Assembly: GCA_023246755.1 (NCBI GenBank)
Contig: JAHFHU010000003.1
Location: 3,854 to 67,853 of the forward strand
From: Candidatus Magasanikiibacteriota bacterium
GTDB lineage: Bacteria > Patescibacteriota > Patescibacteriia > Magasanikbacterales > 2-02-FULL-50-9b
Direction: 5' to 3'
DNA: 64,000 nt
Of the stretch, positions 19,552 through 30,344 are shown piece by piece. A program made the translations under genes and the position numbers. The first letter of the stretch is position 1, and every line of letters begins with the position of its first letter. The notes under the pieces were generated by a model, which searched no databases, was not told where the DNA came from, and saw only the letters and a program-made list of their open reading frames with translations.

Positions 19552-21138
19552 ATGAGTAACAAGGATTCAAATTTGAATACGACCAAAGAGCAGGAGCGTT
19601 CAGAATTGCACCGGGCTATTTGGCAGATTGCAAATGATTTACGCGGGAGTGTTGATGGTTGGGATTTCAAGCAATATGTGTTAGGGGTGCTTTTTTATCG
19701 TTTTATCAGCGAAAATCTTACCAACTACATTAATTCCGATGAACGCCGCGCGGGTAAAAAGGATTTTGACTATGCGAACTTGTCAGACAAGGAGGCAGAA
19801 TTTGGGCGAGCTGATACCGTAAAAGAAAAAGGATTTTATATTTTACCAAGTGAACTTTTTGTAAATGTTCGCAAGAATGCCCGCAATGATGCCAACCTTA
19901 ATGAAACTCTCACAACTGTTTTTCGTAACATTGAGAATTCGGCAAAGGGTGCAAACAGCGAAGATGATATCAGAGGCTTGTTTGATGATCTTGATGTGAA
20001 TTCTAATAAATTGGGTGGCACGGTTGAAAAACGAAATCAGAAACTTGCAAAACTTTTTGAATCTATCGGTGACCTTCGTCTGGGTAATTACTCCGACAAC
20101 ACTATTGACGCCTTTGGTGACGCCTACGAATTTTTGATGACCATGTACGCCTCAAACGCCGGTAAGTCCGGGGGTGAGTTCTATACTCCCCAAGAAGTTA
20201 GCGAACTTTTGGCGGAAATCACTACGGTTGGGAAAACAGAGGTGAATAAGGTTTACGATCCAGCCTGCGGTTCTGGTTCCCTACTCCTCAAGTTCGCTAA
20301 AGTCCTTGGTAAAGAAAATGTTCGGCAAGGTTTCTATGGGCAAGAAATTAATCTTACAACCTACAATCTCTGCCGTATTAACATGTTCTTGCACGACATC
20401 AATTACAATAATTTTGATATTGCTCACGGTGATACGCTTATAGATCCGAAACACTGGGACGACGAGCCGTTTGACGCTATTGTCTCCAACCCACCGTATT
20501 CTATACATTGGGAAGGTGATGCAAACCCGCTTCTCATTAATGACCCCCGTTTTTCCCCGGCTGGAGTATTGGCACCAAAGAGTAAGGCCGATCTTGCGTT
20601 TACTATGCACATGCTTGCTTGGCTCTCGACAAGTGGCACTGCGGCGATCGTTGAGTTTCCCGGCGTTCTCTATCGTGGTGGCGCAGAGGGTAAAATAAGA
20701 AAGTATTTGGTAGACAACAATTATGTTGATGCGGTAATTCAACTTCCTCCTGACCTCTTTTTTGGCACAACTATCGCTACCTGTATCATCGTGCTCAAAA
20801 AGAGCAAAAAAGATAACAAAGCGCTTTTCATAGATGCTTCTGCCGAGTTTGTCCGTGGTGGTAACAAAAACAAATTGAGCGAAGTAAATCGGAAAAAGAT
20901 TTTAGACGCTTTTACTACCCGCCAAGACGCGAAGTATTTTGCCAAGCTCGTTGATAATAAAACCATTGCTGAGAACGACTACAATATTGCCGTTTCAAGT
21001 TATGTCGTGGCAGAAGATATGCGCGAGGTGGTAGACATAACCACGCTCAACACAAAAATCGCTAAGATTGTCACAAGGCAAAACGAACTCCGCACAGCGA
21101 TTGATGAGATTGTGGCAGATATTGAAGGTAATAAATAA
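19552..21138 (+). CDS. hsdM: Type I R-M methyltransferase subunit M
   Basis: GEFYTP, VYDPACGSGSLL, VSNPPYS. Confidence 0.97.
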   Translation: MSNKDSNLNTTKEQERSELHRAIWQIANDLRGSVDGWDFKQYVLGVLFYRFISENLTNYINSDERRAGKKDFDYANLSDKEAEFGRADTVKEKGFYILPSELFVNVRKNARNDANLNETLTTVFRNIENSAKGANSEDDIRGLFDDLDVNSNKLGGTVEKRNQKLAKLFESIGDLRLGNYSDNTIDAFGDAYEFLMTMYASNAGKSGGEFYTPQEVSELLAEITTVGKTEVNKVYDPACGSGSLLLKFAKVLGKENVRQGFYGQEINLTTYNLCRINMFLHDINYNNFDIAHGDTLIDPKHWDDEPFDAIVSNPPYSIHWEGDANPLLINDPRFSPAGVLAPKSKADLAFTMHMLAWLSTSGTAAIVEFPGVLYRGGAEGKIRKYLVDNNYVDAVIQLPPDLFFGTTIATCIIVLKKSKKDNKALFIDASAEFVRGGNKNKLSEVNRKKILDAFTTRQDAKYFAKLVDNKTIAENDYNIAVSSYVVAEDMREVVDITTLNTKIAKIVTRQNELRTAIDEIVADIEGNK

Positions 21139-21143
21139 AATTT

Positions 21144-23348
21144 ATGAATAAGTTGAGGATCGAATTACAGCATTGTTATGGAATAAAAAAACTTAATCAT
21201 GAGTTTGATTTTTCAAATTGCAAAACCTTTGTAATTTATGCCCCAAATGGAGTAATGAAAACTTCGTTTGCAAAAACTCTTAAAAATATTGCAAAGGGCG
21301 AAAAACCATGTGATCAGACAGATGACACATTGGTTCCGGTTTATAATTTTTTTATTGATGACTCCAATAATCAAATCCAACGGGAAGATATATGTGTCAT
21401 AGAGCCCTATAATAAAAAAGCATTTGATTCTGAAGATAAAGTCCTTACCCTTTTAGCAGACGATGAAACAAGAAAGGAATATTTGACAATATTTAACGAA
21501 ATTGAATCTCTTAAAAAATCTTCTCTTTCTGGATTAAAAAAAATATCAGGTAGTAGCAACTACGAATCTGAAATTATAGAAGCATTTTCTAATCTTGATA
21601 AGAAAAATATTTTTGAAATTTTCGAGGCTATTTTAAACGACATTGAAACCTCAAAAGATTCATTTGAATTTAAATATAATGATGTTTTTGACAAAGCCAA
21701 TAAGGTTAAAAAATTTCTTGCAGACAATTTTACATTGTTGAAAGAATACATTGAAAAATACAATGATCTGATTAGCAAATCTACCTTTTTTGCAAAAAAT
21801 GCTGACCATGTTTTTGGCACAACAGAAGCAAAAATTCTTGGCAAGTCCCTTGAGGGAGATGAATATTTTATTGCTGGGCATAAGCTAGTATTAAAATCTC
21901 ACGGAGACATATCTGCTAAAAATAAATTAGCAGATATAATAGATGAGGAGATTGCAAAAGTTTTTAATGATAAGGGCCTGAAAGATGTCTTTGAGAAAAT
22001 TGATAATTTACTCGACGCTAATAAAGAATTGCAATCCTTTAAAAAGGTTATAGAAAGAGACAATTCGATTTTATTGAGATTAAATGATTACGATGTATTT
22101 AGAAAAGAGGTATGGTTTAGTTTCTTAAAACAAATTGAAACTGGTATAAAATCATTAGTTGAATTATATAATCAAAAAAAGTTTGATTTAGAAAAAATTA
22201 TACAAAAAGCAAAGGACAGTCAATCGCAATGGGAAAGCACTATTAAGGAATTCGAGAACAGATTTGTTAATAACCCATTTACTCTCGAAATTCAAAATAA
22301 GGCGGATGCGATATTAAATGAAAAAACACCAGCAATTGATTTTAAATTTCAAGGAAAAGATATTGAAAGGAATAATTTAATAGAAAATGTATTGAGCCAA
22401 GGAGAAAGACGGGCTTTATATATTTTAAACGTTATTTTTGAGATTAAATCTCGGCAATTACAAAATAAAAAAACGTTGTTTATCATTGATGACATAGCAG
22501 ACTCTTTTGATTATAAAAATAAATATGCCATTGTTGAGTATTTAAATGATTTGTCCAAAGAAGATAATTTTTGCTCAATAATTTTAACTCACAATTTTGA
22601 TTTTTTTAGAACTCTTCAATCAAGGATTTTACAAGATAAAAAATGGGAATATTCGTTTGTTGCCGAGAGACTAAAAGATGAGATTAAGTTAATTAATGCT
22701 GGCAGTAGAAATGTTACCGACCCATTTACCAACTGGAAAGCGGGAGTTAATAATAACGAAAAACATTTAATTGCATGCGTTCCTTTCGTACGTAATTTAA
22801 TTGAATTTAAAGATGGACAAAGCAATGCCCATTATAAGCTTTTGACGCATGCTCTTCATAGAAAGCTTTTGGACGGAATTATTAAGGAAACCGCAGATAT
22901 TAGAATTGCTGATTTACGAGACCCATTTTCATCTGTTTTATCGGGTATTACATTTACATTCACAGACACAAATAAAAAAATTGTAGATATTATCGAGGAA
23001 CAGATCACGGCAATAAAGGGAGCTGAAAATTATGATTCAATTGTTTTGGAAGATAAAATTATTCTTGCCATCGGAATCAGATTGAAAGCGGAAGAATATA
23101 TGTGGTCTCAGGTCACAAACCAAAATCCAATACACGGCTCGCAAACAGGGGTATTATTTGGGAGATATAAACAGGATTTTAAAGACAACGATACTCATAA
23201 AGAGACACTGAAAATTCTTGAGAGCGTCATCATAATGACCCCTGAAAACATACATTTGAATTCTTTTATGTACGAGCCGATTTTAGATATGGGCATAGAT
23301 GAATTAAAGAGTTTGCATGATAAAGTTTGCAATTTAACAAGTACATAA
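21144..23348 (+). CDS. ABC/SMC-type ATPase with coiled coil and C-terminal extension (PrrC/RloC-like), inserted in the R-M operon
   Basis: Walker A YAPNGVMKTS, signature LSQGERR, Walker B IIDDIADSFD, H-loop LTHNFDF; very AT-rich DNA. Confidence 0.75.
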   Translation: MNKLRIELQHCYGIKKLNHEFDFSNCKTFVIYAPNGVMKTSFAKTLKNIAKGEKPCDQTDDTLVPVYNFFIDDSNNQIQREDICVIEPYNKKAFDSEDKVLTLLADDETRKEYLTIFNEIESLKKSSLSGLKKISGSSNYESEIIEAFSNLDKKNIFEIFEAILNDIETSKDSFEFKYNDVFDKANKVKKFLADNFTLLKEYIEKYNDLISKSTFFAKNADHVFGTTEAKILGKSLEGDEYFIAGHKLVLKSHGDISAKNKLADIIDEEIAKVFNDKGLKDVFEKIDNLLDANKELQSFKKVIERDNSILLRLNDYDVFRKEVWFSFLKQIETGIKSLVELYNQKKFDLEKIIQKAKDSQSQWESTIKEFENRFVNNPFTLEIQNKADAILNEKTPAIDFKFQGKDIERNNLIENVLSQGERRALYILNVIFEIKSRQLQNKKTLFIIDDIADSFDYKNKYAIVEYLNDLSKEDNFCSIILTHNFDFFRTLQSRILQDKKWEYSFVAERLKDEIKLINAGSRNVTDPFTNWKAGVNNNEKHLIACVPFVRNLIEFKDGQSNAHYKLLTHALHRKLLDGIIKETADIRIADLRDPFSSVLSGITFTFTDTNKKIVDIIEEQITAIKGAENYDSIVLEDKIILAIGIRLKAEEYMWSQVTNQNPIHGSQTGVLFGRYKQDFKDNDTHKETLKILESVIIMTPENIHLNSFMYEPILDMGIDELKSLHDKVCNLTST

Positions 23349-23349
23349 C

Positions 23350-24534
23350 ATGACAAACAATCAATCAAAAATTGAAAAATTGATCAGCAAACTCTGCCCG
23401 AATGGAGTGGAGTTTAAGGAGTTAGGTGAACTTTTGGATTACGAACAGCCGGGCAATTTCATCGTTAGATCAACTGAATATAATGATAATCTAGCAACGC
23501 CAGTATTGACGGCTGGGAAAAGTTTTATTCTTGGTTATACAGATGAAGTAGACGGTATATATAAAGCGAGCCAAGAATATCCGGTAATTATTTTTGACGA
23601 TTTTACGACTTCGTTCCACTGGGTAGATTTTCAATTTAAAGTTAAATCTTCCGCGATGAAAATGTTACGGAATAAAAAGGATGTTGATGTAAGCTTTAAA
23701 TTTATCTATTTTGCGATGAGATGTATACATTATGTTCCTTCAGATCATGCACGTCATTGGATTTCTCAATATTCAAAATTTAAAATCCCTCTTCCACCCC
23801 TTGAAATCCAAGAAGAGATTGTCAAAATTCTTAATAGTTTTACAGAGCTGGAGGCAGAGCTGGAGGCAGAGCTGGAGGCAAGAGAATCGCAATATAAGCA
23901 TTATCGAAAAAAGCTTTTAAGTATTAATGGTGATAGCGTGCAGTGGAAAACATTGGGAGAAGTTGCGGAGTACCGTCGAGGTTCTTTCCCGCAACCCTAT
24001 GGTGAAACTAAATGGTATGGAGGTGAAGGCGCTATGCCATTTGTTCAAGTGGCTGACGTTGGAGAAAATATGCGACTTGTTGAAAATACTAAACAGAAAC
24101 TTTCTAAGTTAGCCCAGTCTAAGAGTGTATTTGTACCTTCCGGAACAGTTATTGTAACCTTACAAGGCAGTATTGGACGAGTTGCCGTTACTCAATATGA
24201 TAGTTATGTTGATCGTACACTTGCAATTTTTGAAAGTTTTAAAAACAAAATTAATAAAAAATATTTTGCATATCAATTAGAAAGTAAATTTAGTGTCGAA
24301 AAAGAAAATGCGCGTGGAAGTACGATAAAAACAATTACAAAAGAAGAATTCACAAAATTTAAAATTCCAGTTCCATCACTTGAAATGCAGGATTATATAG
24401 TTACCAAACTAGATGCATTTAATTTACTTTTGAATGACATTTCAATTGGTTTGCCGGCAGAACTCTCGGCTCGCAGGCAACAATACGAATATTACCAAGG
24501 GAAGCTTTTAACTTTCAAAGAATATGCCAAATAA
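23350..24534 (+). CDS. hsdS: Type I R-M specificity subunit S
   Basis: CPNGVEFKELG, IPLPPLEIQEEIV, ELEA repeats, ARRQQYEYY; two TRDs. Confidence 0.95.
   Translation: MTNNQSKIEKLISKLCPNGVEFKELGELLDYEQPGNFIVRSTEYNDNLATPVLTAGKSFILGYTDEVDGIYKASQEYPVIIFDDFTTSFHWVDFQFKVKSSAMKMLRNKKDVDVSFKFIYFAMRCIHYVPSDHARHWISQYSKFKIPLPPLEIQEEIVKILNSFTELEAELEAELEARESQYKHYRKKLLSINGDSVQWKTLGEVAEYRRGSFPQPYGETKWYGGEGAMPFVQVADVGENMRLVENTKQKLSKLAQSKSVFVPSGTVIVTLQGSIGRVAVTQYDSYVDRTLAIFESFKNKINKKYFAYQLESKFSVEKENARGSTIKTITKEEFTKFKIPVPSLEMQDYIVTKLDAFNLLLNDISIGLPAELSARRQQYEYYQGKLLTFKEYAK
23843..23880 (+). repeat. 12-bp tandem repeat (x3) in the hsdS central spacer
   Basis: (CAGAGCTGGAGG)x3 encoding ELEA-ELEA-ELEA. Confidence 0.95.
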
Positions 24535-27500
24535 TAAATACAATCTGGTTGCGGAGAATCCACAGAGCACTGTCGTGGGTGAGTATGTAGCGGAAGGTGT
24601 GCGCGTTGCTCATTATCAAAGTGAGGCAGATTTGGAGCGAGCTTTTATCAAACAACTTGAAACACAAGCGTACGAATATCTACCCATCACCTCTGAAGCT
24701 GATTTAATACTCAACCTGCGTAAGCAACTGGGGAAACTCAATGATTTTACTTTTACCGATAGCGAATGGGAACATTTTTTTGTCAGTGAGCTTGCCAACC
24801 CAAATCAAAGCATTGCCGAAAAGACCTCCACCATTCAAGAAGACCACATCAAAAACCTGACGCGCGAAGATGGCACGACCAAGAATGTGTACCTCATAAA
24901 AAAGGATAACATTCACGACAATAGTTTGCAGGTGATCAATCAATACGCGACCGAAGACGGTCAGCGTGCCAATCGCTATGATGTGACGGTGCTTGTGAAC
25001 GGCTTGCCTTTGGTGCATATTGAGCTCAAACGACGTGGAGTGGCTATTGCCGAGGCGTTCAATCAGATCAATCGTTACAGCCGAGAAAGTTTTTGGGCTG
25101 CGTCGGGACTTTTTGAATATGTGCAGTTATTTATTATTTCCAACGGTACACATACTAAGTACTATAGTAACACTGTCCGTTCAGAGCACATTAAGGAAGC
25201 CGGTGAAGGTGCGGTGAAAAAAGGCAAACGTTCGAGTAATAGTTTTGAATTTACCAGCTGGTGGGCAGATGCTACCAATCGACCGATTACGGATCTGATG
25301 GATTTTGGGAAAACATTTTTTGCCAAGCACGCACTCCTCAATATCTTGACCAAGTATTGTGTATTCACAACCGATAGACAGCTTTTAGTAATGCGACCAT
25401 ATCAGATTGTCGCAACCGAGAGAATACTTAGTCGTATTGAAGTAAGTACTAATTACAAGAAACTCGGCACGGTCGAGGCTGGCGGTTACATTTGGCATAC
25501 GACCGGATCAGGAAAAACTTTGACCAGTTTCAAAACCGCACAACTTGTAAGTAAATTATCTTACGTAGATAAGGTTATTTTTGTGGTTGACCGCAAGGAT
25601 TTGGATTATCAAACAATGCGAGAATACGATAAGTTTGAAAAAGGTGCAGCAAATAGTAATACAAGTACAGCAGTTTTGACGCGTCAGCTAGGAGATTCGA
25701 ATTCACACATCATTATTACCACTATTCAGAAGCTCGATCGTTTTATCGGACGCAATGCCGGACACGCTATTTTTGATGGTCATGTAGTGCTTATCTTTGA
25801 TGAATGTCATCGTTCTCAGTTTGGGGATATGCACGCTGCTATTACCAAAACATTCAAGAATTACAATTTGTTTGGTTTTACTGGTACTCCGATTTTTGCC
25901 AAGAATGCGTCTGCTGGTGGACGACCAGAATTGAAAACGACCGAGCAGGCTTTTGGTGAAAAGTTGCATACCTACACGATTGTTAATGCTATCGCTGATA
26001 AAAATGTTTTGCCGTTTAAAGTGGATTATGTCTCTACGGTTAGAGAAGCAGAGAATATTGAAGATGCACAGGTAAGAGATATTGATCGTGAAGCAGTGCT
26101 GGCTTCGCCGGAACGCCTGGCAAATATCGTTGGTTACATTCGCGAGCATTTTGACCAAAAGACCAAGCGGAATAGTTTTTATAAATTGAACGATCGCCGG
26201 TTAGCCGGGTTCAATTCTATTTTTGCCGTTTCGTCTATTGATGTGGCAAAAAAGTATTACGCTGAATTCAAAAAACAACTTGATGGTGTGCCAAGCGATA
26301 AGCAGCTCAAAGTGGCAACGATATATAGCTTTGGAGTTAACGATGAGGATGCGGATGGAATGATCGACGAAAATTCAGAGGATACGAACGGACTTGATGT
26401 GAGCTCAAGAGATTTTCTTGATAGCGCAATTACTGATTACAATGCGATGTTTGGAACATCCTACGATACCTCGTCTGAGAAGTTTCAGAATTATTACAAA
26501 GACGTGAGCTTAAAAATGAAAAATCGTGAGATTGATGTGCTGATCGTGGTCAATATGTTTTTGACCGGCTTTGATGCTACAACGCTGAACACGCTTTGGG
26601 TGGACAAAAACTTGAGACTACATGGACTCTTGCAGGCATTTTCCCGCACCAATCGAATATTAAATAGTGTAAAGGCTTTTGGTAACATTGTCTGTTTCCG
26701 TAATTTAGAGAAGGCAACAAACGAATCTATTGCTCTTTTTGGAAATAAAGAAGCGGGTGGCGTGGTACTTCTTAAGTCATACGATGAGTATTACAACGGC
26801 TTCAAAGATGGCGATAAGGAAGTGCGTGGATACGCAAGTTTGGTGGCAGAGCTCACGGAAAAATTTCCGATTGGTGAGCAAATTTTGGGCGAGCAAAACC
26901 AAAAAGATTTTATCAAGCTCTATGGTGGAATTTTGCGAGTGCGCAACATTCTGACTACCTTCGACGAATTTATTGGCAACGAGATTTTAAGTGAGCGCGA
27001 TGTGCAGGATTATCACAGTATGTACATCGATCTTTACAATGAATTCCGTAAAGGTGCTGAGATTGAACAGGAAAATATTAATGATGATCTTGTTTTTGAG
27101 ATGGAGCTTATCAAGCAAGTAGAAATAAATATTGATTTTGTATTAGCTCTTATTAAGAGATACCACGAAGATCATAATCAGGATCGTGAGATTTTGGCTG
27201 ATATCAATAAAGCGATTGATTCAAGTGTAGAGCTACGAAATAAAAAGGATCTTATCAATCAATTCATTACATCACTTGATATCCATTCAGTCGTTGAGGA
27301 GGATTGGCAGAAATTCGTGGACAAAAAAAAGATTGAGGAGCTGGAAAAAATTATTGATAATGAAGGTTTGGATCACGATGCAACATTTGCGTTTGTACGA
27401 AATTCTTTTCGTGATGGAAGTGTGGCAACGACTGGTACAGCAATAACCAAAGTTTTACCGCCAGTAACTCGTTTTTCTCCGACCGGCGAACGAACTCAAA

Positions 27501-27580
27501 AGCGTGAAAGTGTAATTAGTAAGCTCACAAGTTTCTTTGAAAGGTTCTTCGATATTTCTGGTGGAAAGTTTTCAGATTAA
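24524..27580 (+). CDS. hsdR: Type I R-M restriction subunit R (EcoR124I-like)
   Basis: RYDVTVLVNGLPLVHIELK, HTTGSGKT, DECHRSQFG, MFLTGFD, QAFSRTNR. Confidence 0.97.
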   Translation: MPNNKYNLVAENPQSTVVGEYVAEGVRVAHYQSEADLERAFIKQLETQAYEYLPITSEADLILNLRKQLGKLNDFTFTDSEWEHFFVSELANPNQSIAEKTSTIQEDHIKNLTREDGTTKNVYLIKKDNIHDNSLQVINQYATEDGQRANRYDVTVLVNGLPLVHIELKRRGVAIAEAFNQINRYSRESFWAASGLFEYVQLFIISNGTHTKYYSNTVRSEHIKEAGEGAVKKGKRSSNSFEFTSWWADATNRPITDLMDFGKTFFAKHALLNILTKYCVFTTDRQLLVMRPYQIVATERILSRIEVSTNYKKLGTVEAGGYIWHTTGSGKTLTSFKTAQLVSKLSYVDKVIFVVDRKDLDYQTMREYDKFEKGAANSNTSTAVLTRQLGDSNSHIIITTIQKLDRFIGRNAGHAIFDGHVVLIFDECHRSQFGDMHAAITKTFKNYNLFGFTGTPIFAKNASAGGRPELKTTEQAFGEKLHTYTIVNAIADKNVLPFKVDYVSTVREAENIEDAQVRDIDREAVLASPERLANIVGYIREHFDQKTKRNSFYKLNDRRLAGFNSIFAVSSIDVAKKYYAEFKKQLDGVPSDKQLKVATIYSFGVNDEDADGMIDENSEDTNGLDVSSRDFLDSAITDYNAMFGTSYDTSSEKFQNYYKDVSLKMKNREIDVLIVVNMFLTGFDATTLNTLWVDKNLRLHGLLQAFSRTNRILNSVKAFGNIVCFRNLEKATNESIALFGNKEAGGVVLLKSYDEYYNGFKDGDKEVRGYASLVAELTEKFPIGEQILGEQNQKDFIKLYGGILRVRNILTTFDEFIGNEILSERDVQDYHSMYIDLYNEFRKGAEIEQENINDDLVFEMELIKQVEINIDFVLALIKRYHEDHNQDREILADINKAIDSSVELRNKKDLINQFITSLDIHSVVEEDWQKFVDKKKIEELEKIIDNEGLDHDATFAFVRNSFRDGSVATTGTAITKVLPPVTRFSPTGERTQKRESVISKLTSFFERFFDISGGKFSD

Positions 27581-27587
27581 ATCTGTA

Positions 27588-29051
27588 ATGAAACACATGT
27601 CTGCTTCCTTCACCCCCTCCCTCTTCTACAAATTCTCCACCTGCCCGCACTGGATCTGGCACGATTTTTTCGGTAACCCCGCAAATAAAATCGAAGTCCC
27701 AGCACTCGCGCAAAAGTTGATCGATCAGGGTGTATTGCATGAAGAAGAATATATCAAAGGATTGAATTTTGTTTCAGTGACATTAAAAAATTCAACCGAT
27801 GCGTTCGCGGCAACGCTCGCGCTTATGCAAAGCGGCACGGATCTGATTTATCAGGGTGAAATTCAGTACGAAGAAAACAACATTTTGTACCATGGCCGCC
27901 CTGACCTGCTCGAAAAGCGACCAGGCACGTCGAAATTCGGCGCCTACTATTACGCGCCCATTGATATTAAATCGTCGAGCAAGCTCGATAAGAAACATAA
28001 GCTACAACTGACGCTCTACGCAACTATTCTTGAACAGATGCAGGGCGTGTTTCCCGAGGAGACGGCGATCATCAATCGCGCGCACGAACGCATTCCATTC
28101 ACCATCGCGCCAAAAGATCGCGCGGAAACGCAGAAACAAATGAGCAGCATTCTTGCAGTGATGTCAGGCGAAAAGCCGCCGCTCAAACTCGCAGGCAGTT
28201 GCAAACAAAGTCCGTGGTACCCTGAGTGCGTGCACGATGCAGAGGAAGCGCAGGATATCGCGCTGCTGTATAAGCTCGACAATCGCGCGTGTGCGGCGCT
28301 GCGTGCAGAGGGGATTGTATCGATTCATGATGCGGCGCAGATGGACATCGTACGTCTGCCAAAAATTCCATTCGCGAGTCAGAAAATTCTTGCGCGCGTG
28401 AAAGTGCAGGCGCAGTCGCTTCTCGATGGAGAATTGAAATGGCTTGCGCGCCCATCGCTGCCACACGCGCCGCTCCAACTCTATTTTGATATTGAAGGCG
28501 ATCCACTGCTCGGCGTCGATTACTTGTTCGGGTTGTGGGTGTGCGGCGACGCAGCGCACGCCTACGCACACACGGGTCACGTTCGGTTCGACGCGGAGTC
28601 GAGCGATTATTTTATTTATTTTGTTGCAGAGACGCCGGAGGATGAAGGGGCGATGTGGGCCGCGTTTTTGCAGTGGATCGAGGCGCTGCCGACGGGGAAG
28701 TATGACACGTTTCACTACGCAGATTACGAACGTTCACACACCGGCGCGCTTGCTGCGAAATACGGCACGTCCGCGGCGTTCGAGGAATTTGTGACGACGT
28801 ATGTTGACCTGATGAAGGTGATGAGCGCGTCTGTTGTGTTGCCATTATATTTTTATTCGATCAAAGATATCGCAAAATCTCGTTTCTTGAATTTCAAATG
28901 GCGTCACGAAAAAGCAGGTGGCGCGCAAAGTATTTTTTGGTACGAAGAATGGCTCGAGAAACGCGACTCGGGGATTTTAAAAGATATTGTAGACTATAAC
29001 GAGGACGATGTGCGGGCGACGAAGGCGTTGTATGGGTGGCTAATAACTTAA
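27588..29051 (+). CDS. TM0106 family RecB-like nuclease with C-terminal RNase H-like domain
   Basis: GRPDLL..PIDIK..QL..Y; YFDIEGDP..YLFG; YSIKDIA; YNEDDVRAT. Confidence 0.9.
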   Translation: MKHMSASFTPSLFYKFSTCPHWIWHDFFGNPANKIEVPALAQKLIDQGVLHEEEYIKGLNFVSVTLKNSTDAFAATLALMQSGTDLIYQGEIQYEENNILYHGRPDLLEKRPGTSKFGAYYYAPIDIKSSSKLDKKHKLQLTLYATILEQMQGVFPEETAIINRAHERIPFTIAPKDRAETQKQMSSILAVMSGEKPPLKLAGSCKQSPWYPECVHDAEEAQDIALLYKLDNRACAALRAEGIVSIHDAAQMDIVRLPKIPFASQKILARVKVQAQSLLDGELKWLARPSLPHAPLQLYFDIEGDPLLGVDYLFGLWVCGDAAHAYAHTGHVRFDAESSDYFIYFVAETPEDEGAMWAAFLQWIEALPTGKYDTFHYADYERSHTGALAAKYGTSAAFEEFVTTYVDLMKVMSASVVLPLYFYSIKDIAKSRFLNFKWRHEKAGGAQSIFWYEEWLEKRDSGILKDIVDYNEDDVRATKALYGWLIT

Positions 29052-29202
29052 GTTATATAAATGACGGGAGGTCTAATTATCCACAATTCAGTGGATAATT
29101 CATGCCTTGACACCAAAACTTTCTCGATCTATAGTTACTTCATCGTCGCCTGCTCCGCCGTCACTGGCCTGGGCAGGTTTTCCATATTATATTCTAAACA
29201 CT

Positions 29203-29838
29203 ATGAGGAGGGCATGTGTTTTTGTTGATGGGAGCAATTTCTATCATCGCGTTTTAAAAAATTTAGGTATTCAGGAGTCAAATTTTGATTTCAATGCATT
29301 TGCGCAATTTTTGGTTTCAAGCTATGCACCTTCTGAAAATCAGTTTCGACATTATTCTGGCGTCATCGCAGGAGTTTCATTTCATGAGATGTCAGACTCC
29401 GCAAAAGATCATCAGAAAACTATTCGGTCACTCATGAGTCTCGATTGTTGGTCAGTCATTACGGCAAAATTGAGAACTCGCAAGGAACATATAGTCATCG
29501 ATGATCGGGTGGATAATCATGTTCGATTGAAAGAGTTAGGTGTGGCCAAAATTTGTTTTTCAAGAGAGCGTGAAAAAACAATTGATATGAAAATCGGTCT
29601 TGATATGATGTTGGGCGCACTCGATAACCTCTACGATGTTGCAATTTTAATAAGTTCAGATTCAGATTTGGTACCCGTTTGTGAATTGGTAAAAAGCAGA
29701 TTTTGGAAACGTGTAGAATACGTTGGATTTCATATTATTGCACCAGACACCACTGTGCCGACAAAAGCTTTGATGTATGCAACTGATAGCCAAAGAATTT
29801 TTGGTCCTGATGATATTAAACGATTTGTCAGGCGATAA
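29203..29838 (+). CDS. NYN domain protein (PIN-like RNase)
   Basis: VFVDGSNFY..EKTIDMKIGLDM..AILISSDSDLVP; own promoter TTGACA(29107)-17 nt-TATAGT(29130). Confidence 0.9.
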   Translation: MRRACVFVDGSNFYHRVLKNLGIQESNFDFNAFAQFLVSSYAPSENQFRHYSGVIAGVSFHEMSDSAKDHQKTIRSLMSLDCWSVITAKLRTRKEHIVIDDRVDNHVRLKELGVAKICFSREREKTIDMKIGLDMMLGALDNLYDVAILISSDSDLVPVCELVKSRFWKRVEYVGFHIIAPDTTVPTKALMYATDSQRIFGPDDIKRFVRR

Positions 29839-29865
29839 GGTGTCTGATGTTATAATGTTTTTCAT

Positions 29866-30261
29866 ATGCCCCCCTTCCCCAAACTCTCCGCCCTCCTCAA
29901 AAAACACGCCAAAAATCCGCTCCTGACCCTCGTCACTACGGTGCCGGGTTCAAAGCAAACGGACAAACCGCAGCTGCATATTTATAGCAAAGCCGCGGTG
30001 GTGATCGAGAAGCGGCCGGCGCGACAAACGTTTGTCGTTGGAATTATTCAGCAAAAAAATCAGCTGGGGTTCTATAGTCTGGCGATGTACACGCATCCGG
30101 GTCAGATGGGCGATTTGAGCCCGCAGCTCAAAAAAGCGCTCAAAGGGAAATCATGTTTTTACATCACCGACGCAAACCTCACACCCGCCATGCTCGCCGA
30201 AATCGATGCGCACATTGCTAAGGCGATTGCGCTGTATAAAAAAGCGGGGTGGCTTGGATAA
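29866..30261 (+). CDS. DUF1801-like hypothetical protein
   Basis: QKNQLGFY..LSPQLKKALKGKSCF..YKKAGW. Confidence 0.6.
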   Translation: MPPFPKLSALLKKHAKNPLLTLVTTVPGSKQTDKPQLHIYSKAAVVIEKRPARQTFVVGIIQQKNQLGFYSLAMYTHPGQMGDLSPQLKKALKGKSCFYITDANLTPAMLAEIDAHIAKAIALYKKAGWLG

Positions 30262-30344
30262 GTAGCTGTTGTGTGTACGCCAATGGATATTAAGCTATTT
30301 GTTGTATAATTGGGTTTAGAACAATAATACAACAACTTACACCT

